Assembly: GCA_951406725.2 (NCBI GenBank)
Contig: OX597819.1
Location: forward strand, 73,966,001-74,030,000
DNA length: 64,000 nucleotides
Direction of reading: 5' to 3'
From: Octopus vulgaris
Lineage: Eukaryota
Below, one piece after another: positions 15,610 through 41,540 of this stretch. Each line of letters begins with the position of its first letter. Position 1 is the first letter of the stretch. The notes beneath the pieces are model-generated. The model was not told where the DNA came from and did no database searches. It saw only the letters and a program-made list of their open reading frames with translations. The translations under genes were made by a program, and so were the position numbers.

Positions 15610-16052
15610 AGGAACACAAGTTAATATGTATAAGAGAAATAAGACAAGGTAGAAAATGCTAAAATAATTTTATTATGAAGAACATTTTAGTACCGGTTTC
15701 AGTCTTTGTGACTTTTTCACCTTAGAGTAAAACATTAAAAACAATTAAATTGTGGAAAAATTAAATCAAATGTTTTTAAAAAATATTTCCATAGTTTTCA
15801 AATGCAAGGGATATTTTCCTTTTTTCAGTCTGTCCGTCTGTCTGTCTCTCTTTTTTACTCTTGAAAACTATGGGAATATTTTTAAAAACATTTCATTTAA
15901 TTTTTCCACAATTTAATTGTTTTTCATGCTTTACTCTAAGGTGAAAAAGTCGTATAGACTGAAACCGGTACTAAAATGTTCTTCAGGATAAAATTATTTT
16001 AGCATTTTCTACCTTGTCTTATTTTCATTATACATATCAACTCGTGTGTTCA
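15610..16052. repeat. Long inverted repeat (~190-bp arms), probably an inverted Penelope pseudo-LTR pair
   Basis: 15612-15801 is the near reverse complement of 15861-16051. It abuts the PLE RT fragment and contains agtc-gtata-gact-gaaa-ccgg-ta. Confidence 0.8.
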
Positions 16053-16347
16053 TTTTCAATCTTCTACACACACACGCGCGCACACATACACACACACTCA
16101 CACACACATATATATATACAACAAGAAATAATTTTTGCCTCTTTTTATGGAGAAAGAAGGGTTTATAGGACTGCAAAAAGGAAGTGCTCAAATAAAATTG
16201 AGACGGCGACAAAAAACAGTGATTAAAGAACAAACATCAAATTCGAGTCCACGACTTTATATAACACCACTCTTCCATACATTTGATCATATGTAAACAT
16301 TACCATGACTCTCTACATATAAAAGCAAGATTCAACCTCCGCCACAA

Positions 16348-16366
16348 ATGAAAGCTAACAATTTTC
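16348..16366 (+). CDS. Extra (alternative or orphan) coding exon 1 of the cytokine-like gene
   Basis: ccgccacaa ATG AAA GCT AAC AAT TTT C|gtaaact with an intact donor. TATA-like sites at 16258 and 16318. It is an inverted duplicate of the copy A promoter and exon 1 (14515-14720). Confidence 0.55.
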
Positions 16367-16426
16367 GTAAACTAAATTTAGACAATGGATAAAGGAAATC
16401 GATAACTCTCAGCCTTGTCTTATTTT

Positions 16427-16485
<59 letters not shown>

Positions 16486-16806
16486 TACACATTTATACGC
16501 GACAGGATTCTTTCAGTTTCTGTCAACCACGTACACCCACAAGGCTATTGTATAACCGATGCTATACCAGAAGACATTTACCCAGAAAACATTTGGTTGG
16601 GAAGCAAGCTTCGTACCATAAATAAACGCTTGCACCTTTGCTCAAGAAAATCCTTCAAAGCATCATTGTCCGACAAAGGATTTTTCAGGATGTGAACATC
16701 ATAACACACTATACTTATTATGACATACAACATATATTCTCTTGAATTGCAGTTAAAATATGGTAAAAAACCCAAACCTTCGTGTATTATATAATCGCCA
16801 TTATTG

Positions 16807-16889
<83 letters not shown>

Positions 16890-16897
<8 letters not shown>

Positions 16898-17972
16898 ATA
16901 TATATATATATAAACCGAGAATGTGTGTGTCAGTTTGTCTGTGTGTCTGCACGAGTGTATCACTAAAGTGAAACAATAACATCAGTATTGTAATGTAAAA
17001 TAATACTTTCACTATTAACAGTTTCACTATTAATACTTTCACTTTGTATAAAATATGTACATAGTGAAACTATTATCTCACTTTACATATATACAGACAC
17101 GCACACACACCCATACATACACACACATACACATATATAAAACTGAGAATGTGTGTCTGTCTGTTTTCTGTCTATGTGTCTGTAAGTGTGTATCACTAAA
17201 ACTCGAGAACTGCCACAGCAATTTCATTCAAATTTTGCACATACATTAATAAAGGTCCATGGAGTGTCATGGGTCAAAACAAAAATTTTTTATGTTTTGC
17301 TTGATGTGAGCCCGGAGCAATTTCTTAGAGCGCTTCGGTATTGCGTGTCAAAAGTGAAAGAATAACATCTCTATTCTAATGTGAGACAATAATTTCAGTT
17401 TTAATACTTTCACTATCAAGAGTTTCACTATAAATAATTTCACTATGTAAAAAATATATACAAGATGAAACTATTGATAGTGAGACTATATATATATGTT
17501 GTATTTAAGTGTTGTATTTAGTGTTTGTATTTAGTGTTGTATTTAATATATATATATATATTAAAGAATATATTTATATTTTAAAAGATTATTTACGTAT
17601 ATTTATTAATTAATTATTTTATTATTGTAGTTATTTTTAACCGGATGAGTGGCTATTTTTATTTTGAAGTGATTTTACTACTACTACTAATATTTTAACT
17701 ATAATCATTTCTTAAATATAGTCACGAAACATATACCAAATATATATGTTTTATTTATTATTTTTCACATTACTTAATCATTGGTATATTATTGTTTAGC
17801 TTATATTTAATATTTCTATTATATGTAATTTTCTAGATGGTGTAATTTAATTTTTCCTTTTCAATTGATAAAAGGTGTTTTTTCTAATTTATATATATAT
17901 TATAATTTGTGAAATTTGATTTAGTATTTCTAAATTGAATTTTTCCCTGTAAGTTAGGAATAATATTCCTTC

Positions 17973-18049
<77 letters not shown>

Positions 18050-18226
18050 AATATTATTCCTAACTTACAGGGAAAATTATATCTATATAAATATGTATAA
18101 TATATATGTATATATATATTTACCCGTATATATATACATATATATATATATACATATATATATAAATATGTATAATATATATGTATTTATATGTATATAT
18201 ATGTATATATACATTTACCCGTATAT

Positions 18227-18265
<39 letters not shown>

Positions 18266-18313
18266 TGTATAATATATATGTATTTATATGTATATATATA
18301 TTTACCCGTATAT

Positions 18314-18382
<69 letters not shown>

Positions 18383-18940
18383 TATATACCAATATATGTA
18401 TATATATACATATTCTTCTTTTATTCTTTTACTTTTTTCAGCCATCTGATGGCGGCAATGGTGGAGCACCGCCTCTAGTCGGGCAAATCGACGCTAAAAC
18501 TTCTTTGTAAGTCCGGTACTCATTCTATCGGCTTCTTTTGCCGAAACGCTATGTTAACGCTTGTTATCTGCAATGTATGTGTATGGTGTGCCTGCACACC
18601 AATTATCCGGAAATATTACAGGTAACGGATACAGATAGTATATACGGATATTTTATCCCTTAGTCGCTTACTATAACCGCCAACTCTGTTTACACATATA
18701 TACACACACACACATGTTAGCCGTTTGGCGAAGCACTGCGATAGCATAAGTACTAGGCTTACAAAGAATAAATTGTGGGGTCGATTCACTCGACTAAAGG
18801 CGGTGCTCCGGCACGGCCGCAATCACTCGACCGATACAACTAAAACAATAAAAAAAACTATGCCATTTTAATCCCGGTGAACGGCGGGTATCTCTGCTAG
18901 TTTATCTAATTACCCGACAAACGATGGGTATTACTGCTAG
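16890..18940 (+). mobile_element. Two nested or tandem non-autonomous Helitron-like elements with internal SINE and AT-rich repeats
   Basis: Two similar 5' heads (tatataaa.c.gagaatgtgtgt) at ~16895 and ~17133. Two 3' ends with a GC hairpin plus ctgCTAG|t at ~18872-18900 and ~18912-18940, similar to the element at 62070-62462. Confidence 0.55.
17940..18077. repeat. 30-bp inverted repeat flanking a (TA)n tract
   Basis: ttttccctgtaagttaggaataatattcc ... (ta)n ... ggaatattattcctaacttacagggaaaa. Confidence 0.8.
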
Positions 18941-19019
18941 TATTTAATATATGTAGTCAAACTACAGATCAGCGTACTCTTCACAGTTATTCGTTGGGGG
19001 ACAGCGATAGTGACAGCGA

Positions 19020-19218
19020 TTTGTAACATGAAACCGTAACGCACTATTCCCCGCTCGGTTATTCCCTGTTAAGCGAAAGTAACCTACTAGCAATTGGACT
19101 GTGACCTATATACTGGGATAAAAATAGTTCATTCATAAAAGCCTTCCTCTTCCCGTAAACCTAAATCTCTGTCACACTGAAAGTAAAATGTTAGAACAGG
19201 CTTCAACTTCCGCCAAAG
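19020..19218 (+). promoter_or_regulatory. Putative proximal promoter and 5'UTR of copy B
   Basis: TATATA at 19107-19112, CCAAT on the reverse strand (caattgg) and aagcgaaagt. The block is conserved at the same distance from the ATG in copy C (48612-48830, minus strand). Confidence 0.55.
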
Positions 19219-28878
<9,660 letters not shown>

Positions 28879-29537
28879 TTAATTCCTGTTATAATACTTC
28901 TGGAACCAATCTCAGTTAGAGAAAAATCAGATACAAGTGTATCGTTTCAATTATGTAGATGTGTTTTAGCTTCACCACTTAATAATCATATCGACGATTA
29001 TATTAATCGTTAAATACCAATATTTCCATAATTTTTATCTTATATTTTCTTATCACATTTATAATCGTAAATAATATATATATTTCTCCTTTATGAAATA
29101 AATATTTCTATTTAATATCGTGTTATATCGATGTTATTGGTATTACACCAATGGGACTGTGGCGCATCAATCTATATATATTTTTCATATATACATACCT
29201 ATATTTATCTATATTTATATATTTATATATACGTACCTATATCTATGTCATTTAATTCATTGTATAAATTATTTATTTTCCGATTTCATTTCCTATTTTT
29301 TAATCTTTATTATAATATATACATTATACTCCTATGCATTATACTAGTAAGACTTCCCTGCATACTCACACACGCACACACATATACGCCAACATTATTT
29401 CTATTATTTATCATATAAATGCGAATTATATTTTTGTATGGAAACATTAAAGAGTTAATATTTTATTTTATATTCAGTTGTTTGTGTTTTTGATTTTGTT
29501 CAATGAGTAGATTGCAACTTCATTACAAACATCTAAA

Positions 29538-30462
29538 CTCTCAGAGTTTTCATTTCTATTTTTATTATTATCAACATTTGCTTGATGCTCTCGTCTAAAT
29601 TTGCTGTCCCGTTAATGTATGCTACACATATCCCAAAAGAATATTTTTCTCCCTCGTGTTCCGACCACTACTCCCCCCTCTCTCTCTGCTTCACTCTGTC
29701 TCTCACTCAACCTCACTCTCTCTGTCTCTGTCTCTCTTTCGATTACCACTCGCTTCGACAAGACTTCCTCCACCACCACCACCACCACCCTATATAAACT
29801 AGCGCACGCACTCGGTCTCCTTTACTCGATTTTAATACCTCTGACGAAGAATACGAATCTCAGAAGATGCTCAGATAAGATGTTTTGTCTTTTGAACCCA
29901 GTTACCTTCTCTTCTATTTCTGCGCAGATCATGAACCCCTTATTAGTTCTTTTCATTATTCAATCCATTTCAGTACTATGTCATCATGTAAATATAGTTT
30001 CAATAGTTTCGTCTTCCCCGTTGTTGCCATAAGATAACCCTAGTTCACGCTTTTTTTTAGCTGCAACATATTCATTCATTTATTCATCTATTAAAGTTAA
30101 TCACACAGTCACTTATTTCTCGAATTTCGTCTTAGATTGTCTGACCGAAAGCTCTCAGATTTCTCAATTCTATTTTACTATTATCAACATTTGCTGTCTC
30201 ATTAAATTATGCTACACAAATCTCCAAAGAATATTTTTCTAACCTCGTGTTTTGATCACTACCCCTCTCTCTCTCCGCCTCACTCTGTCTCTCTTTCGGC
30301 CTCACTCTGTCTGTTTCTGTCTCTGTCTCTCTTGTTTCTGTCTCTCTTTCGATTACCACTCGCTTCGCCAAGACTTTCTCCCCCCCCCCCCTATATAAAC
30401 TAGCGCGCACACTCTGATTCTTCTATTCGATATTTTTTTTATGCTCTCGTCTAAATTTGCTA
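29538..30462 (+). repeat. Direct repeat pair (~300 bp) of unclassified inserted sequence
   Basis: 29538-29830 resembles 30152-30462 (attatcaacatttgct..gaatatttttct..cgattaccactcgcttcg..cctatataaactagcgc). Absent from the homologous 3' flank of copy D (~54100-54140). Confidence 0.6.
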
Positions 30463-30469
30463 GTTCGCG

Positions 30470-33400
30470 GTACAAACGGCCTCTAACCCCTTTCCACCCG
30501 TACCGGAAGTTCCTATCCTTTGTCATTCTTTGGTTGTCTCCCATGAACACTTCTAAAGGTTTTATGCCATCCCCACCCCTACTTAGGGTTTATCTCCTAT
30601 GTAAGGTAGTTATCATATAGTGCAAAAATATGATTGAACTGAAGGCTAATGTTCGCTTATGAATTTTGCCAAATGCGACTTCTCTTTTCAGGTACATGAT
30701 GCCGCTGTCCTCGTCCAAAGATCTCACGGGCCCATACCTCCCACACCCTCAGGGTTGGCACTCTCAACGTCGGCACACTGAAAGGTAGGTCTGGTGAGAT
30801 TGTTGAGATGCTTGAACGGAGATGTGTCGATATGTGCTGCATCCAAGAAGTAAGGTGGAGAGGAGGTTCCGCTAGGTTCCTCACAGGCAAAGAACACAGG
30901 TACAAGATTTTCTGGGCAGGGAACACTGACAGGGTCGGGGGCGTGGGCATACTTCTTGCGGAGAAATGAGTGGATAAGGTAATCAAGGTAGTCAGAGTAT
31001 GCGACAGAATACTTAAGATTAGATTAGTGCTTCGTCATGGGTTAGCAACCATTATCTTGGCCTATGCCCCTCAGCCGGGGCTACCCGATGGACAGAAAGA
31101 CCGATTCTATGACACCCTCTTGCAGACTACCTCGTTGACGACTGTCAGGGACTTTCTCTTTGTTGCTGGTGACTTCAGCGGACATGTTGGACAACAAACA
31201 GGGGCTTCCATGGCGTACATGGAGGCTACGGTTTTGGTTCCCGCAATGAGGAGGGAACCGGGCTGCTGGAGTTCTGCGATGCAAATGATCTTATGGTTTG
31301 ATATACTAACTCCAGGAAACCTGCCAGTCACCTAGTCACCTGCCGTTCTGGCAGATACACAAGCCAAATTGACTACATCCTCGCCAGAAAAAGGGAAAGA
31401 TGGCTGCATATAAATGCCAAAACTTTCCCAGGCGAAGAATGTACCCCACAACATAGACAGGTAGTTAGTGACTTCAGGATCAGGGCTAAGTGGATACTCA
31501 GAAGACGACCAGCATGGAGGAGAAGGGTCTGGAAGCTAAAAGATCCTGCGAATGGACAGAGATTTAGAGACATATTACTCGAAGCCTTTGACGAAATAGA
31601 AGGGGATATAACTTCACACGATGTAGGAGACAACTGGAGGTTTCTACGGGACAACCTGCTGAGGGCCACTGACCAGATCTGAGGATGGTGCAAAGTCCCC
31701 TCTCGACCCAAATAACGTAGTGGTGGAAGAGTGTTGTTGACAGGGCTATTAGAGAAAAGAAACAGGCTAAGAAGGACTGGAAGAACGGTGGTAGCAGGGA
31801 ATTGTATCATACTGCCTGAAGGTAAGCTAAGAGGCAGGTTAATTTAGCCAGAGAGGAAGCAGATGAGAAAAAATTTGCCAATGTTCTGCGCCGTGAGGAC
31901 CAAAGACTTGAGGCATTTCGTGTTGCAAGACAGTGTGTAAGAGAGAATCGTGATGTCGTAGGAGAGAAATGTATCCGCAACCTATGAAAGGTTGCTCAAT
32001 AAAGAAAATGAATGGGAGAAAGAGAGTCTGCCGAATATCGACCCAACAGAGGGACCAGCTATCCGAGTTGACAGTACCTTGGGAGATAAAGCATTTAAGA
32101 GTATGAAGACAGGGAAAGCCCCCGGCCCAACTGGAATCACTGCAGAGATGCTCAAAATATGTTGTAGTGTCGGCTATAGCCTAGTCACCCGTATAGTTAA
32201 CCAGGTGATACACGAAGTAGTCACACCCAATGACTGGTGTAGCAGTACTATAGTCAACTGCTACAAAGGTAAAGGTGACGCTTTAGATATAAATAATTAC
32301 AGACGTATCAAGTTGTTACATTAGGTAATAAAGGTCACAGAGAGGGTTATAGCCCATCTAATTAGGGAAAGAGTCAGTTTAGATGAGATGCAGTTTGTGT
32401 TCGTGCCAGGGAAAAGCACCACTGATGCCATATTTCTGGTAAGACAGCTGCAGGAGAAATATCTAGCCAAAAATAAACCTCTGTCCCTGGATTTGTTGAC
32501 ATGGAGAAAGTCTTTGACAGGGTACCCAGATCCCTTATCTGGTGGTCAATGAGGAAACTAGGAATAGATGAATGGTTAGTGAGAGCTGTGCAAACCATTA
32601 CAGGGACGCTGTCAGTAAGGTGAGGGTTGGCAACGAGTATAGTGAAGAATTCCGGGTAGAGGTAGGGGTCCACCAAGGTTCAGTCCTCAGCCCCCTCTTA
32701 TTTATCATAGTCCTCCATGCAATAACGGAGGAATTCAAGACAGGATGCCCCTGGGAGCTCCTCTATGCTGACGACCTTGCTCTAATTGCTGAGTCACTGT
32801 CAGAACTAAAGGAGAAGTTTCAGTTGTGGAAGCAAGGATTAGAATCGAAGGGCCTTAGAGTCAACCTAGCTAAAACCAAAGTCCTCATAAGTAGGAAGGC
32901 AGGCAAACCACAAATCCCTTCAGGTAGATGGTCCTGCTCGATCTGTAGAAAAGGCGTAGGTAGAAACTCTATAAGATGTACCCAGTGTAAGCTATGAACA
33001 CATAAGAGGTGCAGCAATATCAAAGGAAAGCTAACTGGGAAGATAGTTTTTGTATGTGGCAGATGCTCAGGAGCAATAAACACTAAAAATGTGCAGAGAA
33101 CAACTTCCGCCACATTCCAGGGAGAAAAACTAAAAGTTGTTGATAGCTTTCGTTACCTAGGTAACCAAATCAGTTGCGGGGGAGGGTGCGCTAAAAGTGT
33201 AGCTGCTAGAATAAGAATAGCCTGGGCAAAGTTCAGAGAGCTCTTACGTCTGCTGGTGACAAAAGGCCACTCGCTCAGAGTAAACGGTAGACTGTATGAC
33301 GCATGTGTACGAACAGCCATGCTACTTGGCAGTGAAACATGGGCCATGATTGCTGAAGACATGTCTAAGCTCGCAAGGAATGAAGCAAGTATGCTCTACT

Positions 33401-34312
33401 GGGTGTGTAATGTCAGTGTGCATACTCGACAGAGTGTAAGTACCTTGAGAAAAACGTTGGACCTAAGAAGCATCAGGTGTGGTGTGCAAGAGATACGACT
33501 GCGCTGGTATGGTCATGTGGCGAGAGTGGATGAGGATAGCTGTGTGAAAAGTGCCTAGCGGTTGAGGGAACCTGTGGAAGAAGTAGACTCAAGAAGACCT
33601 GGGATGAGGTGGTGAATCACGACCTTCGATCATTAGGTCTCACCAAGGCAATGACTAGTAACCGAAACCTTTGGAAATATGCTGTGATTGACAAGACCCG
33701 GCAAGCCAAGTGAGACCATAACCTCGTGGCCTATACCAGGGGTGTAATCAGCCCACTTAATGCGTACCTTTCCTTCATTGGACACTAAACTCTGCTTGCG
33801 AAGACCTGTTGAGGCAAGTGAAATCGAAATCGAAATCAAATTCGATGACTGGCATCCGTGCTAATGGAGCGCTAAGAGCACCATCCGAGCGTGATCATTG
33901 CCAGAGCAGCTAACTAGCTTCCGTACCGGTGGCATGTAAAAAGCACCATTCGAGTGTGATCGTTACCAGCGCTGCCTTACTGGCACTTGTGCCTGTGGCA
34001 CGTGAATAAACATTCGAGCGAGGTCGTTGCCAGAGCCGCTAGACTGGCTCCTGTGCAGGTGGCACGTAAAAAACACCATTTGAGCGTGGCCGTTGCCAGT
34101 ACCGCTTGACTGGCCCTCGTGCTGGTGGCATGTAATAGCACCCACTATACTCTTGGAGTGGTTGGCGTTAGGAAGGGCATCCAGCTGTAGAAACTCTGTC
34201 AGATCAGATTGGAGCCTGGTGCAGCCATCTGGTTCGCCAGTCCTCAGTCAAATCGTCCAACACATGCTAGCATGGAAAGCGGACGTTAAACGATGATGAT
34301 GATGATGATGAT
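30470..34312 (+). mobile_element. Near full-length RTE-clade LINE (APE plus RT), inactivated
   Basis: TLNVGTL..CCIQEVRW..AYAPQ..AGDFSGHVG..QIDYIL (APE); GKAPGP..GVHQGSVLSPLLF..LLYADDL..FRYLG (RT); 3'UTR with tandem ggtggca.gtaaaa repeats and a (GAT)n tail at 34292-34312. Multiple stops and frameshifts. Confidence 0.92.
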
Positions 34313-35101
34313 TTGTTCCATTATTTCTTGACATAAAAATATTTTTTTATTTTATAAATAATTTCTTTTAATAGTTCATGTTACAGTCATTTCTTTATCT
34401 TTAATATGTATTTTATATACATTATATTATATGTATCTCACCAATAGGACATCTATTTTTTCGGTGTTGATAAAATAAGTACCAGTTATGTTACGGGGTC
34501 GACAAAATCCACTTACCTCTACCGCGAAATTGTTGGCCTTGAGCCAAAGTTGGGAGCTATCAATTGTTGCATCCAACCTGTGCCAGATGGAATCGTTTCC
34601 TCATTTGAATAGAACGATTAAAGCAACTGAGAGGAAAATACGAAGATGATGCACATCTAAAAAAACCTTTCTTCTCGTTTTCGTTCTTCCAATGTTATGA
34701 CGAGATTATGTCATACTGCCCTCACTAGAGAAAATGCAGCAGGACGAAATGTTCCGGGACTCGTGCATTCCTCATCGAAATATTTTTGTCGATATTAGAT
34801 CAATAGTGATCACTGTTATATCGCTAAAGTTGTGTTGAGTAATCTTTTAGGAAAATCTCATACTTTCTATAAGAAAATGCCTCCTTCAAGACGTCGCAGA
34901 GTTATCTGGAAAAGTCGTTCTTTTTCTGCTCAGAGGTGGCCATGTTTGGAGTGTAGCGCCTGTCAAACATAGTGTAAGTGTTCCAATCAAGCCGTGAAAT
35001 AGTAACAGTGTTCTATTCAGAACAACCATGTTGGGATCGTAAGAAACATTACCTCTGGTAAGAGTACCGACTTGCATCTCGAATAGAGACTTTAGGGCAA
35101 G

Positions 35102-35223
<122 letters not shown>

Positions 35224-35639
35224 TCTAATATGTATGTATGTATAGGCCCTGTCGTGACTGTGCCCCCAACATCGCTTGAGAGCCGATACTGATCTGTTTT
35301 CGTCCTTGTAAACTAGCGGTTCGGCAAAGTAGTCCGATAGAACACGTATTTGATTTGCAAAGAATAAGGCTTGGGGTCGATTAGTTCTGCTAATGGCGGA
35401 ATAATGAGATAAATAAGTAAAAGAAAAAAGAAACAAATATATTATATTAATCTCTTTGTGTGTGTGCATGTGTATGTGTGTGTGTATGTGAGTGTGTGTG
35501 TGTGTATGTGTGTGTGTGTGTGTATGTGTGTGTGTCGGTGTGTGTGTGTGTGCGTGTGTGTGAGATAGAGAGAGAGAGAGGAAGACAGTATCGGTTAAGA
35601 GATAAGTACAATATTAAAATAGAAATATCTTTTAACAGT

Positions 35640-38420
<2,781 letters not shown>

Positions 38421-38444
38421 CACACACATACATACACACATAAA

Positions 38445-38475
<31 letters not shown>

Positions 38476-38559
38476 CATGAACACATACCTACATAGGATC
38501 ACACGCACACTTACACATACACACACACGCATATATATAAATGTAAGATCGTGAGATGT

Positions 38560-39775
38560 GGTGAAGGAAAACAGTTTCAAGCAATTCTACGGTAGGCGAC
38601 AATGTTTGGCGAGTTTGCAAAGCAGATTACAAGAGTTACAGAATGGAGAAGGAAAATCCGGGATACATGTGTTTTATGGCGAGTGAATCCTCAGAAGTGA
38701 AGTGTATACGATCGAGAAATATTCAGGCCAAGTATATCTTGAGTAGATTAAAGGTTATATTGTTGTGGATTGTCTATTAACCAAAGACAAACAGGAAAAA
38801 AATGAACTTAACGCAAATTAGTTAATTTTCAATAAGTAGGATTTCCCTTTGCTCGGGAAAATGTGTGTGTATGTGGCCCCGTTCATGCTCTCATGCAATA
38901 CCTAACAAAGGTGAAATTCATTTGAAAACACATCTGGATTTGTTTCTGCAAATGCTTGTGGAGATAGCTGATATGGAATATGAAGGAGAGAAAATAACAA
39001 CCACATACAAACAGGCCCCGTGATAAAATGAAAAAGAAGCGATTCTTTAAGATATACATGGCGTTTATGTGCAGGCGTGTACATGGATCAGTGATATATA
39101 AATACATACATACGCACACAAACACACATACACACACACATATACACACACAATTCCCATACTAATATGTGTAGAATTAATAAACGAGTAGCAAAACTAT
39201 TGAGAGATAAAAGTGAAAATGTCAAAATTCCGTTTCACCTAATTTGCAATTAAAAAATAATAAAAAGAAAAAGTAATTAAAAAATATGGAAGAGAAGCGG
39301 AAAGTTTTTCAGTTTAGAGTTGTTTTCATCTCTCCTTAAGAAATATTTCGAGCCGGAGGTAAAAAAAATATTTTCTTTTGTTCATTATTGTTTTTTTAAG
39401 CAAAGTTAATTTAGAAGAATTTATTTTAAAAAAATACATCTCAATTTAAAAAAAAATAATTTTGGATTGTCTGTTAAGCAAAGACAAACAGGAAAAAAAT
39501 AAACTTGTCATCGCAAATTAGTTAATTTTCACTAAGTGGGATTTCCCTTTGGTCGGGATAAAGTGTGTGTATGTTCTATCTTTCACCCACAGAGATTCCG
39601 GTTTAACTAATGTAGTTTTCCTTACGACTAGACCAGATTATGTAACATAAGAGATTTCTTGTTTCGCAATTAATATCCGTCTTTATCCCTCGGATATTTC
39701 TAAGTGGTTGTAACCTTGCCTAATTCATATTCCGCAACAGTTATCTCCACAAGTTTTTACAGAAAATTCGGATTT
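38560..39775. repeat. Block duplicated in inverted orientation at ~49645-50790 (upstream of copy D)
   Basis: Reverse-complement similarity; ORF-track peptides 38883-39149(-) and 50270-50533(+) are nearly identical. Confidence 0.85.
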
Positions 39776-39782
39776 GGGGTGG

Positions 39783-40468
39783 GTCACGCTTCTGTATATT
39801 TGGATCAGATGGTAAAACATACGTCAAACATCGCCCAACCGAGGAAATCCATCCCAAATGCGTGAAAAAGACGGCGCAAGCGGTGTGGGGGTGTTATGGT
39901 GCGGCCGGCATTTCGTAGCTTTGATGTTGGCCCTCTAGTTAAAGTTAATGGAAAGCTAAATAGTGTAGGTTATATGAATCTACTAAAGGATAATGATGTG
40001 CCATATTTGACTCACCAAATGCCTTCGGGGGCTATTTATAAGCAGGACAATAGTCCTGTGCACAAAGCCCAAAGTTATGGAATTTTTTGATCACCATAAT
40101 ATTGACGTAATCAAGTGGCCTCCCCAGAGCCCGGGCCTGAATCAGATCGACAACCTGTGGAATTATGTTTCCAAAATGTCTATGCTAAAAAACCATCTAA
40201 TCTAAAACAATTACTCGATTGGCAAAATATTCCCATATAATTTTGTAATCACTTAGCGAATTCAATGCCGAGACGTTGTTCAGCCGTTATTAAGAATAAA
40301 GGCTACGGCACAAAGTACTAATCTGTATTTCGTTCTTGTTGCTCATTTTTGCTACAATCTTAAGCTTTAAATAAAATTATAATGATATGGTTTTAAACTA
40401 ATTTTGCCGGTAAATTTGAAACGCTTATATTAATTTAGCATTAGAATTCTTCAAGTTGTATAAAAATA
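39783..40468 (+). mobile_element. Truncated duplicate of the Tc1 element
   Basis: Matches 57158-57858 (gtcacgcttctgtatatttgg.. to ..caagttgtataaaaata); lacks the left half and the outer right TIR. Confidence 0.85.
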
Positions 40469-41461
40469 ATACAATATTAAAATAGAAATATATTTTAACA
40501 GCGAACTCGTTAGTAGCAGTGAGAAAGAGAGAAGAAAGAAAACAAATGGAAAACGAATCGGCCTTACTTCTGAAAATGTATAACCTACGAAAAATAATGC
40601 GACTGTATTCATAATGGGGAAAACCCATCACGTCGGGCTTTAATAATATAACATGATAATCTTTGGTGCCATTTCACCAATATTTCTCAAAGACAAACAA
40701 TTTTTACATGTCAGAGAATATCTGCTCGATAAAATTCGGACGTCGCTCCCCGCGCGTTGTCAAAGCTGCGAGAGGAAATAAGTAACTTTCTCAATACGAA
40801 GATTCCATACTAATTTTGTTCTTTAGAAGACTTCCATAGCTCAGCTTAGCGAATTCATTCCTAGAAATATATGTGTACTTATCAATTAATTGGGTCATTT
40901 TTTGAAATTTTGGCCCAAACTCGATATTTGATGCCTTAGACTTGTATTTCTTTTGAACACTCATCTTGCGCGAATGTATGATTGACAAGAAGCCTCACTA
41001 TCCATCCTTTTATCCTATCCGAACAGTCGTGGTTGTAAACCTTCTTTTCATTGACTTTACGTTTTTTGTGCCATCTTGTTGCCAGATTTGACAATGGCCG
41101 GACTGAATTCACGAGAAATTTTTCCTTCTTAAGAGATATAAATCTCTAAGTAAAAGATTTTGTTAATTTTCTAAATGAAAATTAATGATATTTCATAGCA
41201 ATTGTCTAACCTACACTCATCGATTTCTAATCTTTCTTGAGTATCGCTTGACGACCAATGCTTGTGTGTTTATAAACACGTTACTTACCTGTTCGGCAAA
41301 AAGTGACCAAGGGAATCAGTACATAGCTTTCTGAAATAAGTCCTCGGGTCGGTACATTCGACAAAAAATTCTTCAATGTCGATCCACAGCATGGCCGCAA
41401 TCTAGCGGATTAAAACAAGTAAAAGAAGATATATATGTGTATATGTATATATATATATACA

Positions 41462-41540
<79 letters not shown>

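Noticed and set aside
28879-29460. AU-rich elements in the 3'UTR, as in cytokine mRNAs
   Set aside because: ATTTA motifs are present but cannot be distinguished from the very AT-rich background without a statistical test.
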